A stretch of 64,000 bases of DNA from Gammaproteobacteria bacterium (GCA_026713705.1 JAPONY010000051.1:64015-128014); one strand, 5' to 3'. Shown: positions 40,323 to 49,108, counted from the stretch's first letter. Translations and numbers: made by a program. Notes: generated by a model from the letters alone, not told the origin.

Positions 40323-41675
40323 TTAATTGTGTATTTTCAGCACCTCCCGCATCGCCGCGGCCTTGTCCAGGCATTCCTGATATTCCGCCTCCACTTGCGA
40401 GCCATGCGTCAATCCACCCCCTGCATACAGGCTGGTCTCTCCCCTCGTCTGCACCATCGTGCGGATCGCGATGCTGCTGTCCATGTTCCCGTCGAAACCG
40501 ACATAGGCGAGACTGCCGCAATACACGCCCCTCGGTTTCGGCTCCAACTCCTCAATAATCTCCATGGCCCGGCGTTTCGGAGCCCCGGTGATCGATCCGC
40601 CGGGGAAGCATCCCTCAAGAAGATCCAATGCCGTCCGGCCCTCTTGGAGCATTCCCGTCACGGTGCTGATCAAGTGGTGCACCGTGGCGAAACTCTCGAC
40701 CTTGAACAGTTCCGGCACCTCGACCGTTCCCGAGGCACAGTTCTTGCTCAGGTCGTTGCGCAACAGATCCACGATCATGAGATTCTCAGCGCGGTCCTTT
40801 ACGCTCTCCCTCAGTTCATTGCGCTGCTGCTCCTTCCCGGGAATGCGGCGGGCCGTCCCCTTGATGGGACGGGTCTCGACCCGCCCGTCGATCACTTGCA
40901 GGAACCGTTCCGGAGAGGCGCTGGCGATTTCAAGCCCCGGATGATTGAAATAGGCAGAGAAAGGCGCCGGATTAACCGTCCGGCTGTATTGGTAGGCCGT
41001 CCACAGCCGGCCTTCACTCGGCGCTGAGAAACGCTGCGCCAGATTGACCTGGTAGCAATCACCCGCCTCGATGTAGTTCCGGACCGCCCGAAACGCCTCC
41101 GCATAGGCCTCTTGCGTGAAATCCGAATGCAGCGGCTCCAACAACCGGTATGCTTGTTCCCGACCAGGAGACTCGTCGAGCAATCGGGCACACAAGTCCT
41201 CCCAGACCCGCCGGGTCGCAGGAATTCGGTCATGCGTCGCCAGGTAGCAGCGTTGTTCCTGGTGGTCGCTGACAACCGACCAGTCGTACAAACCCACCGC
41301 CAGTTCCGGATAATCCGGTAGGCCGGTCCGGGGGGCGGTCAGGCCGACGCACGCCCGGCCAAGCTCGTAAGACAAGTACCCGACCGCACCGCCGCAGAAG
41401 GGAATCCGCACATCTCTCTCTGTCCGCGGCCCAAGCAGTTCGGCAAGCAGGCGGAAGGGATTGCCGCGCAGGACCTGCCGTTCGCCGCCCCGCGTCAAAA
41501 CCGCCTGTCGGCCGGTGCATTCGAGAGTCGCATACGGCTCGGCCGCAAAAATATCGAAACGGCCTTGACCGCTTTGATCATGGCAGCTGTCCAGTAAAAC
41601 CGCCCATGGCTGGTCGGCAAACCTGCTGAAGCGGCGTGTCGGGTCCGCCTGCCACGGCAGCTCAACGACACGCAT
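40323..41675 (-). CDS. pabB: chorismate-utilising enzyme, aminodeoxychorismate synthase component I (PabB)-like
   Basis: Chorismate-binding fold (..FCGGAVGYLSYELG..; C-terminal ..GGGLTHGSQVEAEYQE). Size (~450 aa) is typical for PabB or TrpE. Confidence 0.7.
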   Translation of the reverse strand: MRVVELPWQADPTRRFSRFADQPWAVLLDSCHDQSGQGRFDIFAAEPYATLECTGRQAVLTRGGERQVLRGNPFRLLAELLGPRTERDVRIPFCGGAVGYLSYELGRACVGLTAPRTGLPDYPELAVGLYDWSVVSDHQEQRCYLATHDRIPATRRVWEDLCARLLDESPGREQAYRLLEPLHSDFTQEAYAEAFRAVRNYIEAGDCYQVNLAQRFSAPSEGRLWTAYQYSRTVNPAPFSAYFNHPGLEIASASPERFLQVIDGRVETRPIKGTARRIPGKEQQRNELRESVKDRAENLMIVDLLRNDLSKNCASGTVEVPELFKVESFATVHHLISTVTGMLQEGRTALDLLEGCFPGGSITGAPKRRAMEIIEELEPKPRGVYCGSLAYVGFDGNMDSSIAIRTMVQTRGETSLYAGGGLTHGSQVEAEYQECLDKAAAMREVLKIHN

Positions 41676-42702
41676 GTTCGAGCCGGTACAACTCGGCAAC
41701 GGAATAGGCCGGCAGGCAGTCCGCCAGGGTCAAGGCCCCCTCCGTGGCGACACGGGACTTGAGCAGGACATCGATGTCCTGGTACACCAGGCCGCAGCGG
41801 TCGGCAAGCGATGGCAGTAAAAACCGTCCGGTGCCCGCACCGATCAGAACTCCTGACGAATCCTCGGACGTGTGCCCACTCAGGCTCTCCAGGATCCGGC
41901 TCTGCTGCAGGTCGGCGAAAGTCCGCGCCAACCGGATCCATTCCCCCAGGTCCTCGCCCTCTTCACAGTCCCGCCCGATCATCCGGGCGATTCGTCGGGC
42001 CGACTCGAATTCGGAACACCCGGCACCATCTGCCGCATCGAAGGGATACAGGCTGCCCGGCAATTGCCCGAGCAGGTTGTAGACATCCGCAGTCGTCGCA
42101 AAATGTTCCGCCATCAGGTTGCAGGGAGTCCCGTCCACTTCGATCCTGGCCCCCAGACTCATCAACGGCGTCCGGGCCACGCCGGTGTACAGGAGTTCCT
42201 GACAGGCCAGACGCTCCGCGTCGCTGAACCCGGTCGCCACTGCTTGGTTTTCCCGAATCCGGACCAGGTCCGTCGTGGTACTCCCGACATCCACGAACAC
42301 GCCCTGCTCGGCGAAGCGGGCGACCAGCCGGGCCGAGGCATACCAGTTCATGGAGCCGATCAGGTGTGTTCGTTGGCTCGGGTCCTCCACGAACTCCGAA
42401 CCCGCCGAGAAATAAGAGAGGACATCGCCGGACAGAACCTGCGCGAGGCAATGAACGATTCGGCGCACGCCTTCGGCGCGCGTCGGGAAGATGTCCGCCA
42501 ACTCCCCCGTCATCGTGACGGCATGCCGCAAACCCTGCCCGCCCGCCTCCTCGCGGATTCCGCCCACCGCCTCCGCAAAACGGTCCAAGCCTTTCCACAG
42601 CGGCACCATCCGATGCCAGACCTGCAGGGCCCGCCCGCTTTTGTCCACCTGCACCGCCTTGACGTGGGCGCCCCCGATGTCCCAGCCCATGACATCGCTC
42701 AT
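41662..42702 (-). CDS. ASKHA-fold hydantoinase/oxoprolinase-N-like protein (family associated with H4MPT-linked C1 gene clusters)
   Basis: MGWDIGGAHVKAV N-terminal phosphate-1 motif and ..FVDVGSTTTDLV.. phosphate-2-like motif. Start set at ATG 42702 (ATGA overlap with the ATP-grasp stop). Confidence 0.55.
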   Translation of the reverse strand: MSDVMGWDIGGAHVKAVQVDKSGRALQVWHRMVPLWKGLDRFAEAVGGIREEAGGQGLRHAVTMTGELADIFPTRAEGVRRIVHCLAQVLSGDVLSYFSAGSEFVEDPSQRTHLIGSMNWYASARLVARFAEQGVFVDVGSTTTDLVRIRENQAVATGFSDAERLACQELLYTGVARTPLMSLGARIEVDGTPCNLMAEHFATTADVYNLLGQLPGSLYPFDAADGAGCSEFESARRIARMIGRDCEEGEDLGEWIRLARTFADLQQSRILESLSGHTSEDSSGVLIGAGTGRFLLPSLADRCGLVYQDIDVLLKSRVATEGALTLADCLPAYSVAELYRLEHACR

Positions 42703-43628
42703 GCCGGAACCCCTGCACAGTCGAAGACCCGGAGCATGCGCTCGGCGAGCGGCACCGACAATCCGGCATACGTCAGGGTCAGGCGCGGATTGATCTCCAG
42801 CACGGTCAGCAAATCCCCCTGCCATATCCCATCCACGCCGATGTACCCCCGCAGGCCCGGCACTGCGGCCATGACCCGGGAGGCCACCACCTGTGCCGCC
42901 GCCCTGAATTTCGGATCCCCATCAAGCCCGCCGGTTTCAATCCCATGCACATGCAGCCGTCCTTCCCGGTTCTCGCAATGAATTCTATTGCAGGACAGGA
43001 CTTCCACTTCACCTTCCCCGGCCAACAGGCTCAGGCTGACGGCCTCTCCGGGAACCCAGGGCTGCCACACCCACGGACTCTCAGGGTCCAAAGCCGGCAA
43101 GCCGGGCTCCGCACCCAGCACGAACGTTTCCTCGCAGCCGGCCCCATAACGCGGCTTGATCACGCCTTGCTCGGGCAGCGGCTCCGGCGGGGTCCACACC
43201 CGCGTATCTACTGCGGGAATGCCGGCCGCCTGGAGCTGTCGGTTGATCCCCCATTTGTCTGCAGCCAGACGAATCGCCTCGAGCGAGCAATTCAGGTTCT
43301 TCCTGTCTTCCTCCAGCACTTCCTCACACAGATGCTCAAGCTGGCCTTCGCTTTCAGGAGCGATCACCAAAACCGCATCGCAGTGGCGCACGAGGCCCAG
43401 CCAGGCATCGTGCCACGGACCCTCGGGATTCCGACCCTGCACCCCTTCTGGCAGGTCGAATGTGAACCGTTCCTCGATCAGGGTATAAACTTGCACCGAA
43501 TCCGGCAGACGCGAGAAGTCCACGAGGGCCGCCTGCAGCATCTCTTGCCCCTGCCGCAGCAGGTCCGAGGGCGGCGAGTCGCCCTGAAAGCCCCCACCGC
43601 AAACGTACTCGAAAATAAAAACCTTCAT
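42699..43628 (-). CDS. ATP-grasp ligase
   Basis: ..VIKPRYGAGCE.. and ..LEINPR.. ATP-grasp motifs, ~310 aa. Start chosen at MKVFIFEY (ATG 43628). Confidence 0.7.
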   Translation of the reverse strand: MKVFIFEYVCGGGFQGDSPPSDLLRQGQEMLQAALVDFSRLPDSVQVYTLIEERFTFDLPEGVQGRNPEGPWHDAWLGLVRHCDAVLVIAPESEGQLEHLCEEVLEEDRKNLNCSLEAIRLAADKWGINRQLQAAGIPAVDTRVWTPPEPLPEQGVIKPRYGAGCEETFVLGAEPGLPALDPESPWVWQPWVPGEAVSLSLLAGEGEVEVLSCNRIHCENREGRLHVHGIETGGLDGDPKFRAAAQVVASRVMAAVPGLRGYIGVDGIWQGDLLTVLEINPRLTLTYAGLSVPLAERMLRVFDCAGVPA

Positions 43629-44304
43629 GCCCATGTGCCACGTCATTCCCGTGCTTGACATCCGACAGGGACAGGTCGTGCAGGCCGCGGGAGGCGACCG
43701 CGCACTCTATGAGCCGATCCAGTCCGCCCTGACACGCAGCGTGGACCCTGTCCAGGTGGTCGATGACCTGCTTCGATTCGCTCCTTTTCCCGTTTTCTAT
43801 CTGGCCGATCTTGACGCCATCATGGGCAAGCCCGCCCAATGCCGGCTCATTGTAGAACTATGCCATGACCACCCGGATGTCGAGTTCTGGGTGGATGCCG
43901 GACCGCTCCCGAAGCCGGAAGAGACTCTCCCGGACAATTTTCGCCCGGTTCTCGGAACCGAATTTGCGTGCGATTGGACCCACCACGACGATCGCGTGAT
44001 CCTGTCGCTTGACTTCAACCGGGAGGGCTTGCGCGGCGGCACCAGGATCTGGGCGAAGCCTGACTCCTGGCCTGCTCGCGTCATCGTCATGTGCCTGCAC
44101 CGGGTCGGCTCCATGGAAGGGCCGGATTTCGAACTTCTGGAGCAAATTCGGACGCTCCGCCCTGATTGCAGGCTGGCCGCAGCCGGTGGAGTCCGGAATG
44201 CGGACGACGCCCATCGACTTCTGGATGCCGGGATGGACGCCCTGGTGGCCAGCGTGCTGCACCAAGGGCACATTTCCACCGAAGAGGTTCAGCGGACCGG
44301 TTAA
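43627..44304 (+). CDS. HisA/HisF-fold (beta/alpha)8 barrel protein
   Basis: ..VIPVLDIRQGQVV.. N-terminal strand signature of HisA/HisF, and ..AAGGVRNADD.. C-terminal phosphate-binding motif. Confidence 0.7.
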   Translation: MPMCHVIPVLDIRQGQVVQAAGGDRALYEPIQSALTRSVDPVQVVDDLLRFAPFPVFYLADLDAIMGKPAQCRLIVELCHDHPDVEFWVDAGPLPKPEETLPDNFRPVLGTEFACDWTHHDDRVILSLDFNREGLRGGTRIWAKPDSWPARVIVMCLHRVGSMEGPDFELLEQIRTLRPDCRLAAAGGVRNADDAHRLLDAGMDALVASVLHQGHISTEEVQRTG

Positions 44305-44360
44305 TTGCTCTGAACCAACCTTATAATGGGGAAGATAGCTGTCGGGCAGAGGGAATATTC

Positions 44361-44690
44361 ATGAAGACGGACGATATCATCAAATCGCGCATGAATACGT
44401 CCCGGGACAAAATTGCCGCCTTCTGCAAGCGCTGGCAGGTCACGGAACTGGGCTTGTTCGGCTCTGTATTGCGCGAGGATTTCAACCCTAAGAGCGATAT
44501 TGACGTCTTGGTGAGATTCGCCCCCGAAGCAGGACACTCGCTCATGGGTTTTGTGGGGATACAGGATGAATTGTGCGAGATGCTTGGCCGTCGGGTCGAT
44601 CTCGTTACATGGAGATCGGTTGAAAACAGCCGGAACTACATACGAAGGGAAGACATTCTTCGCTCCGCGGAAACGATTTATGCGGCGTGA
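44361..44690 (+). CDS. mntA: MNT-type minimal nucleotidyltransferase (antitoxin of HepT/MNT type II/VII TA)
   Basis: GS-x9-DxD motif (GSVLREDFNPKSDIDVLV). 109 aa from ATG 44361. Confidence 0.8.
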   Translation: MKTDDIIKSRMNTSRDKIAAFCKRWQVTELGLFGSVLREDFNPKSDIDVLVRFAPEAGHSLMGFVGIQDELCEMLGRRVDLVTWRSVENSRNYIRREDILRSAETIYAA

Positions 44691-44709
44691 CTCTTCCCAT
44701 CTGCCCGAC

Positions 44710-44823
44710 ATGCCATGTGCTGCGAGCGATTTTCTCGAATTCATTTTGGATATCAACACTCAATTCGCCACATGTGCTAACAGTAAATATTGCTTTCGAA
44801 GAATTGCCCAAATTACAGCATGA
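44710..44823 (+). pseudogene. hepT: 5' remnant of hepT (HEPN toxin), truncated after 37 codons
   Basis: MPCAASDFLEFILDINTQ.. resembles the HepT/DUF86 N-terminal helix. It sits in the expected position 19 nt after mntA, and the Rx4-6H region is missing. Its stop overlaps the RM gene's ATG (ATGA at 44820-44823). Confidence 0.5.
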
Positions 44824-47765
44824 CCCCTGACACGTTTATCGCCAAATGGCGAGCATCGGAATTGAAAGAACGCTCAGCGTCGCAAGAGCACTTCATCGAC
44901 TTATGTCATCTTCTTAACGAGCCAACTCCGGCCGACGCGGACCCGGCTGGAGAGTACTACTGCTTTGAACGTGGTGCACAAAAAGATCATGGGGGAGACG
45001 GATGGGCTGATGTATGGAAACGTCATTGCTTTGCTTGGGAATACAAAGGCAAACGAACAAATCTTGATACTGCATTCAATCAGCTTCGACAATATGTACT
45101 TGCGCTCGAAAATCCTCCAATTTTGATTGTTTCAGATATGGCACGATTCCGCATCCATACCAATTGGACAAACAGCGTGAGTACGGTATATGAAATTGCA
45201 TTAGATGATCTTACTGATGCATCCATGCGCAATATACTCAAATGGGCCATGTCGGATCCTGAACGTCTGCGCCCTAGCGAAAGTCGACAGGAATTAACCG
45301 AGAAGGCAGCATCAACATTTGCAGAACTAGCACAATCGTTGAGAGAACGTGGCCACACTCCCGAGGTGGTAGCACATTTCATGAATCGCTTGGTCTTCTG
45401 CATGTTCGCTGAAGACACGGACCTCTTACCAGACAAGATGTTCACCCGGATGCTAAAACACGCACAACGCAGACCACAAGAATTTACAGCACTTGCACGA
45501 GACTTATTTGGGGCAATGTCGACTGGCGGCAGAGTCGGATTTGAATTGGTTGAATGGTTCAATGGCGGCCTATTTAACGATTCCACAGCATTAGCATTGA
45601 CAGAAGCCGAAATCGAAATAGCATCCACAGCCGCAACTTTAGACTGGTCGGAGATTGATCCTTCAATATTTGGAACTCTGTTCGAGCGTGGACTTGACCC
45701 AGACAAACGCTCTCAGCTTGGCGCACACTACACAGACCGTGACAAAATCATGCAGATTATCGAACCGACGATCGTTAACCCCCTTCTCTTGGAATGGAAA
45801 ATAGCTAAAGCCAAAATCGTTAAAGCACTCGAAAAATCAAAAGCAGAGCAATCTCAGAAAAAGCAAGTCCAACAGTATCGGCAGGCGAAGCGCATACTAA
45901 AGAAATTTCTTGAACAGTTGCGGAATTTTGCCGTTCTTGATCCGGCCTGCGGCTCAGGAAATTTCTTGTACCTAGCACTTCAAGCACTTAAAGATATTGA
46001 GCATCGGGTGCAGTTGGAATCTGAAATTTTAGGGCTTCCGCGAGCTTTTCCCACGATCGGCCCTGCCAATGTAAAAGGAATCGAAATTAATACTTATGCT
46101 GCAGAACTTGCTCGTATATCTGTTTGGATCGGTGAAATTCAATGGCTGAGGAAAAACGGATTTGAGGCATCACGCGACCCAATACTTAAACAATTAGAAA
46201 CCATTGAATGCCGTGACGCCATCCTAACCCCTGAAGGCACAGAACCAGAATGGCCCCAAGCCGATGTTGTAATTGGCAATCCACCGTTTTTGGGTAACAG
46301 AAAGTTACGAAGCGAGCTAGGACATGACTACACAGAAAAACTATCACAAGCCTATGCCGGAGTGATACAAGGAAAACCTGATTTAGTCTGTTATTGGTTC
46401 GCCAAGGCGGGAAAACTCCTTGCAAACAGAAGTATTAGATCTTTTGGACTAGTAGCAACAAATTCAATCAGAGGAGGCACAAACCGCATAGTATTGGACA
46501 GTATTGTCAGAGACGCAAAAATCTCCAATGCTTTGTCTGATGAGCCTTGGGTTGTCGATGGCGCTGCCGTGCGAGTTTCATTGGTCTGCTGCACACCAAA
46601 GGATACAAACTCTGTCCCGCTTCTAGATGGTAGAGAAACAACACAGATTAATTCCGATCTTACAGCGGGAACACTTGATCTGACCCACGCTGCACGATTG
46701 AAACAGAATAAAGGTACTGCCTTTCAGGGCGACATTAAACGTGGTGCTTTCGATATTCCCGGCGAAACTGCTCGGGATTGGCTCAGCTTACCAACGAACC
46801 CGAACGGCCACCCAAACTCAGATGTTCTCAAACCATGGGTGAATGGCTTAGATCTGACTAGACGTCCGTCAGATAAATGGATAATTGATTTTGGACATGA
46901 CATGGTAGAAACGGAGGCAGCATTATACGAGACACCATTTAAGTTTATTTACGAACATGTAAAACCTTTTCGCATCAAAAATCGAGAAGAAAAAAGTCGC
47001 GATTTTTGGTTTAGACATTGGAACCCTCGCCCTGCCATGTGGGAGGCTCTCAGTGGTCTGTCCCGCTACATCGCAACACCGCGTGTTGCCAAATACCGCT
47101 TGTTTGTCTGGCTTGACACACGCATCTGCCCTGATAGCGCAGTCGTTGCCATTGCCCGCGAAGATGATACTACTTTCGGCATTTTACATAGCAGATTTCA
47201 CGAAATATGGTCGCTCAGGCTTGGCACATGGTTAGGCAAAGGCAACGACCCTCGCTATACGCCAACCACTACTTTCGAAACTTTTCCCTTCCCAGAGAAT
47301 CTCTCCCCTGACGTCCCCGCTGCTAACTATGCGGATGACCCCCGAGCCATTGCGATTGCTGAGGCTGCGCAACATCTAGTTAATTTGCGTGATCGCTGGC
47401 TCAACCCACCAGAATGGGTCGAATGGATGGATGAACCAACCTTTGACTATCCCAAACATCCTATCGCACGTAACGAGGCAGCGGCAGAAAAACTAAAAGC
47501 ACGAAGCCTAACTCGCCTTTATAACAATCAACCACAATGGCTTGTCGACGCACATGCGGCCTTAGACGCCGCAGTTGCAGCGGCCTATGGATGGGATGCC
47601 GGGATTTCGGAAAGCGAAGCACTTCAGAAACTACTAACGCTCAACCAAGAACGCGTCCAACCTATCCCTGCTACGCCAAACTCTAAAAATAATCAACAAA
47701 CGCAAATTAGTAAAAAACCATCCTTTGCCTCAGAACAAAAAAGACAGGACGTGTCTCCGGCATAA
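44820..47765 (+). CDS. MmeI-family Type IIL restriction-modification enzyme (fused nuclease-N6A methyltransferase-TRD)
   Basis: N-terminal D-x9-ExK-like nuclease motif (..GGDGWADVWKRHCFAWEYKGK..), SAM motif I LDPACGSGNFL and motif IV NPPF. 981 aa, with low GC relative to its flanks. Confidence 0.8.
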   Translation: MTPDTFIAKWRASELKERSASQEHFIDLCHLLNEPTPADADPAGEYYCFERGAQKDHGGDGWADVWKRHCFAWEYKGKRTNLDTAFNQLRQYVLALENPPILIVSDMARFRIHTNWTNSVSTVYEIALDDLTDASMRNILKWAMSDPERLRPSESRQELTEKAASTFAELAQSLRERGHTPEVVAHFMNRLVFCMFAEDTDLLPDKMFTRMLKHAQRRPQEFTALARDLFGAMSTGGRVGFELVEWFNGGLFNDSTALALTEAEIEIASTAATLDWSEIDPSIFGTLFERGLDPDKRSQLGAHYTDRDKIMQIIEPTIVNPLLLEWKIAKAKIVKALEKSKAEQSQKKQVQQYRQAKRILKKFLEQLRNFAVLDPACGSGNFLYLALQALKDIEHRVQLESEILGLPRAFPTIGPANVKGIEINTYAAELARISVWIGEIQWLRKNGFEASRDPILKQLETIECRDAILTPEGTEPEWPQADVVIGNPPFLGNRKLRSELGHDYTEKLSQAYAGVIQGKPDLVCYWFAKAGKLLANRSIRSFGLVATNSIRGGTNRIVLDSIVRDAKISNALSDEPWVVDGAAVRVSLVCCTPKDTNSVPLLDGRETTQINSDLTAGTLDLTHAARLKQNKGTAFQGDIKRGAFDIPGETARDWLSLPTNPNGHPNSDVLKPWVNGLDLTRRPSDKWIIDFGHDMVETEAALYETPFKFIYEHVKPFRIKNREEKSRDFWFRHWNPRPAMWEALSGLSRYIATPRVAKYRLFVWLDTRICPDSAVVAIAREDDTTFGILHSRFHEIWSLRLGTWLGKGNDPRYTPTTTFETFPFPENLSPDVPAANYADDPRAIAIAEAAQHLVNLRDRWLNPPEWVEWMDEPTFDYPKHPIARNEAAAEKLKARSLTRLYNNQPQWLVDAHAALDAAVAAAYGWDAGISESEALQKLLTLNQERVQPIPATPNSKNNQQTQISKKPSFASEQKRQDVSPA

Positions 47766-47847
47766 ATTGAGGAAAATTTGTTTTGGCGATCTAACCAGAG
47801 ACCACACTAAAAATCCCCCACTCTGCAAACGGCCATAGTTATGTACA

Positions 47848-49020
47848 TTAATATACCCCCCATTTCCGCCCTTTCTTCATCTTCCTCCCTCTCTTCATCT
47901 CAAACAAGCCATTGATTGCTCGTGACTTTCGTTTCCATCGAGACACGTCAAGATTTGTGCCTAGTTCGAGGCTAAATTTATAAAGTCCAGTTCGTGTAAA
48001 GCAAAGTGTCTCTTGATCATATTTAGTGGGGCCGTCCATACCGGGAATAGGAAGCGTTAGCACATCCATATGATTATTGCTAAATCGAAGCGAACAGTCA
48101 TACCGAGTTTGCCCATTAAATTCAATCTCAATACTGCCAATCCTGCTGTCGCGCTGCAAGTCTTGGGCTGCAAATCCGAAGAAAACACGAGTGTTTCGTT
48201 TAAGCATCAATTGATTGCCCGGAGAGTCTGCACCCAGGTTTTTATGAAGATTTCCAGCTTCAATCCAAAGATGCTGGCAGACTCGCAATTGCCGCAATTG
48301 TCTAGGGGTAAGCTGGCCACTTTTTATAGCAGATCCGGGGACCATATCGTCTTCCAATACAATTGGAGACTGGCGGTTATTGCGCGACAAATATTGAGCA
48401 GAATACGATTCTTTGACTTCTTGCCATGGGCAAGCATTTCTCCAAAGACTCGAAAACCACTTTTGTATTGGGCGAATGTCCTCTGCCCGAGTAACTAGGA
48501 TAGAAGCACCCGCTTCAACTCCGATCTCAAGTCCGGTACGGGAGAGATTCCCCGACCCCAATATTAACGCGGACTTCTTTTGTCGCCGGAAGAGATAAAG
48601 TTTCGGGTGGTAAGAAATTCGAGGGGTGCACTCGGACCGTTTTACAACGTAGTCGCCGTCATATATTCGCACTTCCGATCTAGGAAGTTGTTGCAGATGT
48701 TGAAGCGCAACTGGGTCAGATCTGCAGTAGTCGATGCCGACAAGCCACCGCTTGTGCGCTTTGCGCCAACTTGCTGATTCTGCTAACGCACTAGTTAATA
48801 CTGCAACTCCACTGTGTGTTGCGTACGCTATAGCTATTTCAACATGTGACGGAGCCACACTACTAAGTGCTGCCTCAATCATCTCTATATATTTATCGCT
48901 GTCAGGTTTGGTAAGGGCTAAACTGCTAGTGTGCATGGCATTCTCCAAATTCGAATTGTCAATCCTGAAATTCTGCCCGGCAATCGGTGACGGCATAATT
49001 ATTGCATGAGCTCGCTTCAT
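47848..49020 (-). CDS. PLD (HKD)-family nuclease with unknown ~200-aa C-terminal domain (NgoFVII/BfiI-like architecture)
   Basis: Single HKD motif YHPKLYLFRRQKKSALILGSGNLS (H-x-K-x4-D..GSxN). 390 aa and low GC; convergent with the RM gene. Confidence 0.7.
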   Translation of the reverse strand: MKRAHAIIMPSPIAGQNFRIDNSNLENAMHTSSLALTKPDSDKYIEMIEAALSSVAPSHVEIAIAYATHSGVAVLTSALAESASWRKAHKRWLVGIDYCRSDPVALQHLQQLPRSEVRIYDGDYVVKRSECTPRISYHPKLYLFRRQKKSALILGSGNLSRTGLEIGVEAGASILVTRAEDIRPIQKWFSSLWRNACPWQEVKESYSAQYLSRNNRQSPIVLEDDMVPGSAIKSGQLTPRQLRQLRVCQHLWIEAGNLHKNLGADSPGNQLMLKRNTRVFFGFAAQDLQRDSRIGSIEIEFNGQTRYDCSLRFSNNHMDVLTLPIPGMDGPTKYDQETLCFTRTGLYKFSLELGTNLDVSRWKRKSRAINGLFEMKRGRKMKKGRKWGVY

Positions 49021-49108
49021 CCAAATTGACTATATTTTCTATTCGAGAATTCAAACAATTTCACCACACCCATATATAATTTCAATTCTAAAAAACCATT
49101 ATGGCCTT

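Noticed and set aside
36244-40326. 1360-aa plus-strand ORF spanning both TonB-receptor genes
   Set aside because: It is antisense to two well-supported minus-strand genes with signal peptides and plug/barrel features. Its product is low-complexity and R/G/V-rich, typical of stop-codon-poor reverse frames in high-GC DNA.
44305-49108. Short direct repeats bounding the low-GC island (AACCTTATAATGG near 44325 vs AACCATTATGG near 49095)
   Set aside because: Only a weak, imperfect similarity; it is insufficient to call att sites.
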